From Candidatus Electronema aureum (GTDB taxonomy: Bacteria; Desulfobacterota; Desulfobulbia; Desulfobulbales; Desulfobulbaceae), in contig NQJD01000016.1 in the NCBI GenBank assembly GCA_004284765.1, forward strand, positions 22,597 to 54,596: a DNA stretch of 32,000 bases, given 5' to 3'. Below, in pieces: positions 27,323-32,000 of the stretch. The notes under the pieces were generated by a model. That model did no database searches and was not told where the DNA came from. It saw only the letters and a list, made by a program, of their open reading frames with translations. The position numbers were made by a program, and so were the translations under genes. Numbering within the stretch: the first letter of the stretch is position 1; each line of letters opens with the position of its first letter.

Positions 27323-28079
27323 AGTCAAAAACATGTCCCACTACTTCGGCGGCCTGCGGGCGGTCAACGGCTTCAATCTCCGCATTGAGCCGGGCCAGAT
27401 TCATGGACTGATCGGCCCGAACGGCGCAGGCAAGACCACGGTCTTCAACCTGATCACCGGGGTGCATGTGCCGACCGAAGGCGAGGTGCTGCTGGAAGGC
27501 ACGAACATTCGCGGCTTTGAGACGCACCGCATCGCCGCGCTCGGCATTGGCCGCACCTTTCAGAACCTGCTGCTCTGGCGGCACCTGAGCGTGCTCGATC
27601 ACATCCGCATGGCCCATTACAGCCAACTGCGCTACGGCATCTTCGGGGCCTTATTTGCCACGCCTGCCTGCCGCCGTCAGGAAAAGGAGATTGAGGAGCA
27701 GTCGCGCCGCCTGCTGGAGACCTTTGACATCAGCCGCTTTGCTGATCAGCTTGTCGGCAGCCTGCCTTATGGCGCGCAGCGGCGGGTGGAGATGGCGCGG
27801 GCAATGGCCACTCGTCCGAAGGTGCTCTTTCTCGACGAACCCACCGCAGGCATGACCCCGGACGAGCTGGTGCGGATGATTGAGATTATTCGGCAAGTGC
27901 ATCGGGAATTCGGCGTGGCGATCCTGCTGATTGAACACCGGATGAAGTTTGTCATGGAGCTGTGCGACAGCGTGCAAGTGCTGGTCTTTGGTGAGGTGAT
28001 CGCGGCTGGCCCGCCTGCTGCGATTCAGAATAATCCCCAAGTGATTGAAGCCTATCTCGGCAAGGAGGACATCCACTGA
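27312..28079 (+). CDS. livG: branched-chain amino-acid ABC transporter ATP-binding protein, LivG-like
   Basis: [18 protein letters not shown], Walker [10 protein letters not shown], signature [14 protein letters not shown] and Walker B VLFLDEP. GGAG lies 8 nt upstream. Confidence 0.9.
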   Translation: MLLEVKNMSHYFGGLRAVNGFNLRIEPGQIHGLIGPNGAGKTTVFNLITGVHVPTEGEVLLEGTNIRGFETHRIAALGIGRTFQNLLLWRHLSVLDHIRMAHYSQLRYGIFGALFATPACRRQEKEIEEQSRRLLETFDISRFADQLVGSLPYGAQRRVEMARAMATRPKVLFLDEPTAGMTPDELVRMIEIIRQVHREFGVAILLIEHRMKFVMELCDSVQVLVFGEVIAAGPPAAIQNNPQVIEAYLGKEDIH

Positions 28080-28792
28080 TGCAGCTCATTGTGGAGAATC
28101 TCTCCGTCTCGTATGGCAATATCCGCGCCTTGCACGGCCTCAGCTTTCGGGTGGATCAGGGCGAGATTGTCACCATCATCGGGGCGAACGGCGCGGGCAA
28201 GAGCACAGCCCTGCGGGCCATCTCCCGCATGATTCCAGCGGAGCCGGGTTCGCGGCTGGAGTTCATGGGCGAGAACCTGCTCAAATACAAGACCGACAAG
28301 GTGGTTTCCCGGCTCGGTATCTCGCACGTACCCGAAGGCCGGATGATCTTTGGCAACCTGACTGTGGCGGAGAATCTCAGCCTTGCCGCCTTTGCCCGCA
28401 AAGACAAGGCCGCAGTGGCCAAGGACGAGCAGTGGGTCTTTGATCTCTTCCCCCGTCTGCGCGAGCGGCGCAATCAGCTCGCAGGCACGATGAGCGGCGG
28501 CGAGCAGCAGATGCTCGCTGTTGGCCGCGCCTACATCAGCGGCAGGAAAATCATGCTGCTCGACGAGCCGTCCATGGGCCTCGCGCCCCTGCTGATGCTG
28601 GACATGTTCGCGGCCTTGAAGGAGATCAACCGCACAGGCACCACCATCCTGCTGGTCGAGCAGAACGCCCGCCTTGCCCTCAAATTCGCCATGCGCGGCT
28701 ATGTCTTAGAGAATGGCAGACTGGTGCTGGAGGGAAAGGCGGCTGATCTGCTCAACGATCCGGCGGTGAAGCGGGCGTATCTGGGGGCGTGA
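28079..28792 (+). CDS. livF: branched-chain amino-acid ABC transporter ATP-binding protein, LivF-like
   Basis: Walker A GANGAGKST, signature MSGGEQQMLAVGRA and Walker B IMLLDEPS. The ATG overlaps the livG stop by 1 nt (TGATG). Confidence 0.9.
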   Translation: MQLIVENLSVSYGNIRALHGLSFRVDQGEIVTIIGANGAGKSTALRAISRMIPAEPGSRLEFMGENLLKYKTDKVVSRLGISHVPEGRMIFGNLTVAENLSLAAFARKDKAAVAKDEQWVFDLFPRLRERRNQLAGTMSGGEQQMLAVGRAYISGRKIMLLDEPSMGLAPLLMLDMFAALKEINRTGTTILLVEQNARLALKFAMRGYVLENGRLVLEGKAADLLNDPAVKRAYLGA

Positions 28793-28834
28793 GATCAATG
28801 GCTTCTTTTGCCAACCACGTAACTCATAGTCATC

Positions 28835-31594
28835 ATGATTGAAACCTTGCTGATCAGCTGGGGAATAAAAACTGCGTGGTCGGCTTTTGGCCCGGTGTTG
28901 GAAGATTTGGCGCAAGATGTCGCCAAGGACTCAGCGAAAAGCTACATAGGCAAATGCTTCGGCAGCGTGTTTTCCTCGAAGAACGAAAAAGTGCTGGTTA
29001 AGGCGACTGGCCAAGCAATCAAAGAGCTGCTTGATTTGTTGGAATACGAGCTGGGCCTTGATGAAGACACTCAGCGCGAAGAGTTGATTCAAGCGCAGCG
29101 GGCGGTGTCCGCGTTTCTCAAGCAGCCGGAAGTGACTGATTCCATCACCGCGCTGCTGCAAGGAGAACAGCTTGACCCCGCTGCTCTCGCCCAAGCATGG
29201 CAGCAAGTGCCGGACGCGCCACCATTGCCGGACGATTTTTCGTGGCAGCGGATCAGCAAACGCTTCAGCCGCAAGGCCGGGGAAATCCGCGACAGCATCC
29301 CGGAGCTGAAGGCGGTTTTCGCGCAGAACGTAGCGGTCAAAGCGGACGAAGCCCTTGCAAGCAGCATCGGCCCGCAGCCGGATTTTGATCTTGATGTGTA
29401 TGCCAAGGCGTTGGAGGAGCGTTTCGGCAGGCTGAATCTTGACTGCTTGGACACTGACGGCGCGTCCTACAACGCCGTCCGCCTCTGGAGCGTGTTCGTG
29501 CCGCAGTCGGTGCGGGAATGCGAGAAGTTTCAGCCCCGGCATCTCGAACAGCCCAAAGGCGACGAGGAGCGGCAGGAGCAGCTGCGGCCTTATTTCGAGC
29601 AGCCGCTGCGCCCGGTTTTGGAAGTCTGCGCTGACCAGCAGCTGCAACGGCTGGTAATTCTTGGTGATCCCGGCTCCGGCAAATCAACTCTGCTCCGCTG
29701 CTTGGCTTTGGAATGGGCGCGGGATGAGGACGCGAACCGCCGGGCGACCGCGCCGCTGCCGCTGCTGATTGAGCTGCGCGCCTACAACCAGTGGGAATGC
29801 TCCAGCGGCAAGAGCTTCATCGCCTATCTGCACCATGCGCAGAACTGGCACCGCCTCAATCAGAACGCCCTTGATGCCCTGCTGCACAGGCCGGGCCGCG
29901 TCCTGCTCCTTTTGGACGGCCTCGACGAAATCTTTGATCCGCAGCAGCGCGAGCTGGCGGTCAACGACATCTTCCGCTTCAGCAACGATTACCCCAATGC
30001 CCGGATTATCCTCACCTCGCGGGTGGTCGGCTACAAGCCGGAGCGGCTGCGCGATGCCGGGTTCCACCACTTCATGCTGCAAGATTTTGACGCGGGCCAG
30101 ATCGAGGAATTTCTCAAGCTCTGGCACCAGATCACTTTCACCTTCAGTGACCAGGAGGAGGCGGAGCGCAAGCGGCAGCGGCTGGCCAAGGCGGTCGCCG
30201 ACTCGCGGCCCATCAAGCTGCTGGCGGGCAATCCGCTCCTGCTCACCCTGATGGCGATCATCAACCGCAAGGAGGAGCTGCCCCGCAACCGGGCGCGGCT
30301 CTACGAAAAGGCGGCGGAGCTGCTCTTGCAGCAGTGGGACACCGAAGCGAAACTTCTGCTTGATTTTCCCAGTCTGAGCGAGGAGATTGATCTGCGGGCC
30401 AAGGCGGCGATACTCCGCAAAGTGGCTCTCGAAATGCAGACCGCCGGGAGCGAAGCTGCCAACCTGATTCAGGGCGAGAAGCTCATCAAGCTGATTGAGG
30501 AATATCTGCTGACCGAGCTGCGCTTTCCGCAAGCCCGCAAAGCTGCCAACGCCTTGGTTGAACAACTGCGCCAGCGCAATTTCATCCTCTGCTTTCTTGG
30601 CGGCGACAGCTACGGCTTTGTTCACCGCACCTTTCTGGAATATTTCTGCGCGGCTGAGTTTGTTGATCAGTTCAAGGAGCGGCAGACGCTGAAGATTGAC
30701 GGCCTGCTTGCGCTCTATGATCAGCATTGCCGTGAGGACGACTGGCAGGAGGTGCTGCGTCTGATATGCGGGCAGATTGATGAGTCATTTGCCGGGAAGA
30801 TTATTGAGCATTTGACTGGGCTGGTGGATTTGGAGAAGGATCAAAAAGCATCGCTGCCGGAGTTGCTGCTGGCGGTGTGGTGTTTGAGCGAGGTGAAGAA
30901 TCTGAATAAGATTGATGAGCTGACAGGAGGAAAGTTGTTGTTGAAGACAATTGACTGTTTTTTGCAAAACGAAGATACAGATACTGGTTATGAGCTATAT
31001 CAACGAATTGAAACTATTGGTGCAAACTGGCCGGGAAAATCTGCATTCCACTTTAACGGACAAATCCCAAGAGATAAATTCTACCAAACTATATGGCCTT
31101 ATTTTTTAGCAATTATCTTTCAGCAACGTCAGTGGATTGAGCAGCTTTGTCATGTAAACTCTGGGGATGTCCGCAGCAATGCGCTGAGGTATCTGGCTAC
31201 TTGCTGGCCAGATAAGGATATCCGGCAGCTCTGCCGACAGGCTGTAGATGATGAGCATGAAAATGTCCGCAGCAATGCGCTGAATCTGCTGGTCGCGTAT
31301 TGGCCAAATAAAGAAATTTTTCAGCTACTCAAACAATCTATCTCAGTGGCTGGTATAGCAGCATCTCGGCACGGCAAAGAGTATTCCCACTTTGGTGAAA
31401 TTGTATTTAGGCGTTTTCCAGAGTTTGATTCACAATATTTTCTCAATCCACGCCAGCCCATTCCCGCCAAGCACATCCAAAAAGCCGCAGAAGAAGCCGG
31501 TATTCCCCCGGACAAAATAGACGAGGCCGTGCGTTCGCTTTCAGCGCACATGGGCTGGGACATCACCAAGGGCAGCTTGGCCGGGAAGCTGTAG
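28835..31594 (+). CDS. STAND NTPase of the NACHT type with C-terminal HEAT-like repeats (bacterial NLR-like protein); N-terminal ~276 aa unassigned
   Basis: Walker A GDPGSGKST (29663-29689), Walker B LLLLDGLDE (29900-29929), GNPLLLTLM and HRTFLEYFCAAEF. The C-terminal (D/N)VRSNAL units are 32 aa apart. Confidence 0.85.
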   Translation: MIETLLISWGIKTAWSAFGPVLEDLAQDVAKDSAKSYIGKCFGSVFSSKNEKVLVKATGQAIKELLDLLEYELGLDEDTQREELIQAQRAVSAFLKQPEVTDSITALLQGEQLDPAALAQAWQQVPDAPPLPDDFSWQRISKRFSRKAGEIRDSIPELKAVFAQNVAVKADEALASSIGPQPDFDLDVYAKALEERFGRLNLDCLDTDGASYNAVRLWSVFVPQSVRECEKFQPRHLEQPKGDEERQEQLRPYFEQPLRPVLEVCADQQLQRLVILGDPGSGKSTLLRCLALEWARDEDANRRATAPLPLLIELRAYNQWECSSGKSFIAYLHHAQNWHRLNQNALDALLHRPGRVLLLLDGLDEIFDPQQRELAVNDIFRFSNDYPNARIILTSRVVGYKPERLRDAGFHHFMLQDFDAGQIEEFLKLWHQITFTFSDQEEAERKRQRLAKAVADSRPIKLLAGNPLLLTLMAIINRKEELPRNRARLYEKAAELLLQQWDTEAKLLLDFPSLSEEIDLRAKAAILRKVALEMQTAGSEAANLIQGEKLIKLIEEYLLTELRFPQARKAANALVEQLRQRNFILCFLGGDSYGFVHRTFLEYFCAAEFVDQFKERQTLKIDGLLALYDQHCREDDWQEVLRLICGQIDESFAGKIIEHLTGLVDLEKDQKASLPELLLAVWCLSEVKNLNKIDELTGGKLLLKTIDCFLQNEDTDTGYELYQRIETIGANWPGKSAFHFNGQIPRDKFYQTIWPYFLAIIFQQRQWIEQLCHVNSGDVRSNALRYLATCWPDKDIRQLCRQAVDDEHENVRSNALNLLVAYWPNKEIFQLLKQSISVAGIAASRHGKEYSHFGEIVFRRFPEFDSQYFLNPRQPIPAKHIQKAAEEAGIPPDKIDEAVRSLSAHMGWDITKGSLAGKL

Positions 31595-31635
31595 CGGCGG
31601 GAAAATTTTCAGCCCGGTCAAAGCAGCATCGAATT

Positions 31636-31866
31636 TTGTTCGGCAAGAAAGGAGTGTTGTTAAACCGGCAAGGAGTTCTGTTCGGCAGCGAAGAAGCGTT
31701 GTTTAGCAGGGAAGGAGTTTTGTTCGGCAAAGAAGGAGTGCTGATTAACAGCAAAGGAGTTTTGTTAAACAACGAAGAAGCGTTGATTAACAAGAAAGAA
31801 ATATTGCTGATCAACAAAGAAGCGTGGTTCGTCAAGAAAGGAGTTTTGCTGAACCGCAAAGAAATG
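31636..31866 (+). repeat. eleven degenerate 21-bp tandem repeats (a twelfth, decayed unit runs to about 31887); reads as a heptad-repeat peptide in + frame 1
   Basis: Units start at 31636, 31657, 31678 ... 31846, with exact 21-nt phasing. The consensus is about TTG TTC GGC AAG AAA GGA GTT. It covers the track ORF 31636..31893 (LFGKKGV LLNRQGV LFGSEEA ...). There is no ATG and no SD. Confidence 0.85.
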
Positions 31867-31910
31867 CTATTCGATATAGCCAGAGCAACATAATTTGAAC
31901 CGTCGTATCT

Positions 31911-31981
31911 GTCATTTCGAGCGGAGCGAGAAATCTCACGCCAAGGACGAAGAGGAGATTCCTCGCTCCGCTCGGAATGAC
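31911..31981. repeat. long imperfect palindrome (27-bp arms, 17-nt loop), REP-like hairpin element
   Basis: GTCATTTCGAGCGGAGCGAGAAATCTC (31911-31937) pairs with GAGATTCCTCGCTCCGCTCGGAATGAC (31955-31981) at 25 of 27 positions. The exceptions are one G:T and one A:C. Confidence 0.75.
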
Positions 31982-32000
31982 ATTCAAGTTCACTTTATGC

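Noticed and set aside
29684-30727. 347-aa minus-strand ORF antisense to the NACHT gene (also 28931..29647 and the other overlapping ORFs there)
   Set aside because: These are Q/L/A/R-rich shadow ORFs. The plus strand carries ordered NACHT motifs and continuous coding signal.
31636-31866. The 21-bp repeat array as a CRISPR array
   Set aside because: The units are directly abutting with no unique spacers, the repeat length is too short, and no cas genes are present.
1-32000. tRNA, rRNA, tmRNA, riboswitch or integrase/transposase genes
   Set aside because: Visual scanning of intergenic regions showed no cloverleaf-like or rRNA-like sequence. No ORF has tyrosine/serine recombinase or DDE transposase motifs. 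A tRNAscan/Infernal/ISfinder run would be needed for certainty.

Overview
Calls rest on reading the sequence and ORF track and on motif recognition from memory; no homology or structure search was run. The window looks like chromosomal DNA from a Gram-negative-type bacterium. The taxon cannot be determined here; a Desulfobacterota/deltaproteobacterial style is only a guess. The backbone is housekeeping: a HAD hydrolase, a uppP-cysE-cysK operon (-), a Nudix::pyrE fusion, a dnaG-rpoD-dprA operon (-) and a livH-livM-livG-livF type branched-chain amino-acid ABC transporter operon (+). Accessory or decayed segments sit on this backbone. (1) 1-2000: the 3' end of a caspase-like gene, a 377-aa partner with similar beta-sandwich-like modules, a 116-bp inverted-repeat element and a frameshifted stub of a UvrD-like helicase. 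(2) 3.5-7.1 kb: a visibly AT-richer cluster of exported proteins, comprising a MamS/MamX-like OB protein, three META/HslJ domains in two genes and a protein with three copies of a 4-Cys repeat. (3) The liv operon is interrupted at nearly every gene junction. An AT-rich orphan (229 aa) lies between livH and livM. A 4.5-kb segment bounded by imperfect direct repeats of the livM 3' end carries two small ORFs, a frameshifted GH13 gene and a catalase-related gene. A second copy of the 116-bp element plus an AT-rich 310-aa orphan overlaps the livG start. (4) Directly after livF lies a 919-aa NACHT + HEAT-repeat STAND NTPase (bacterial NLR-like) with an unrecognisable N-terminal domain. It is followed by eleven to twelve 21-bp tandem repeats that read as a heptad-repeat peptide, then a 27-bp-arm palindromic hairpin. 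No rRNA, tRNA or CRISPR array was seen. The best candidates for something new are the NLR-like gene with its heptad-repeat appendix, and the 116-bp element plus orphan genes embedded in the transporter operon. All functional interpretations of these are inference.
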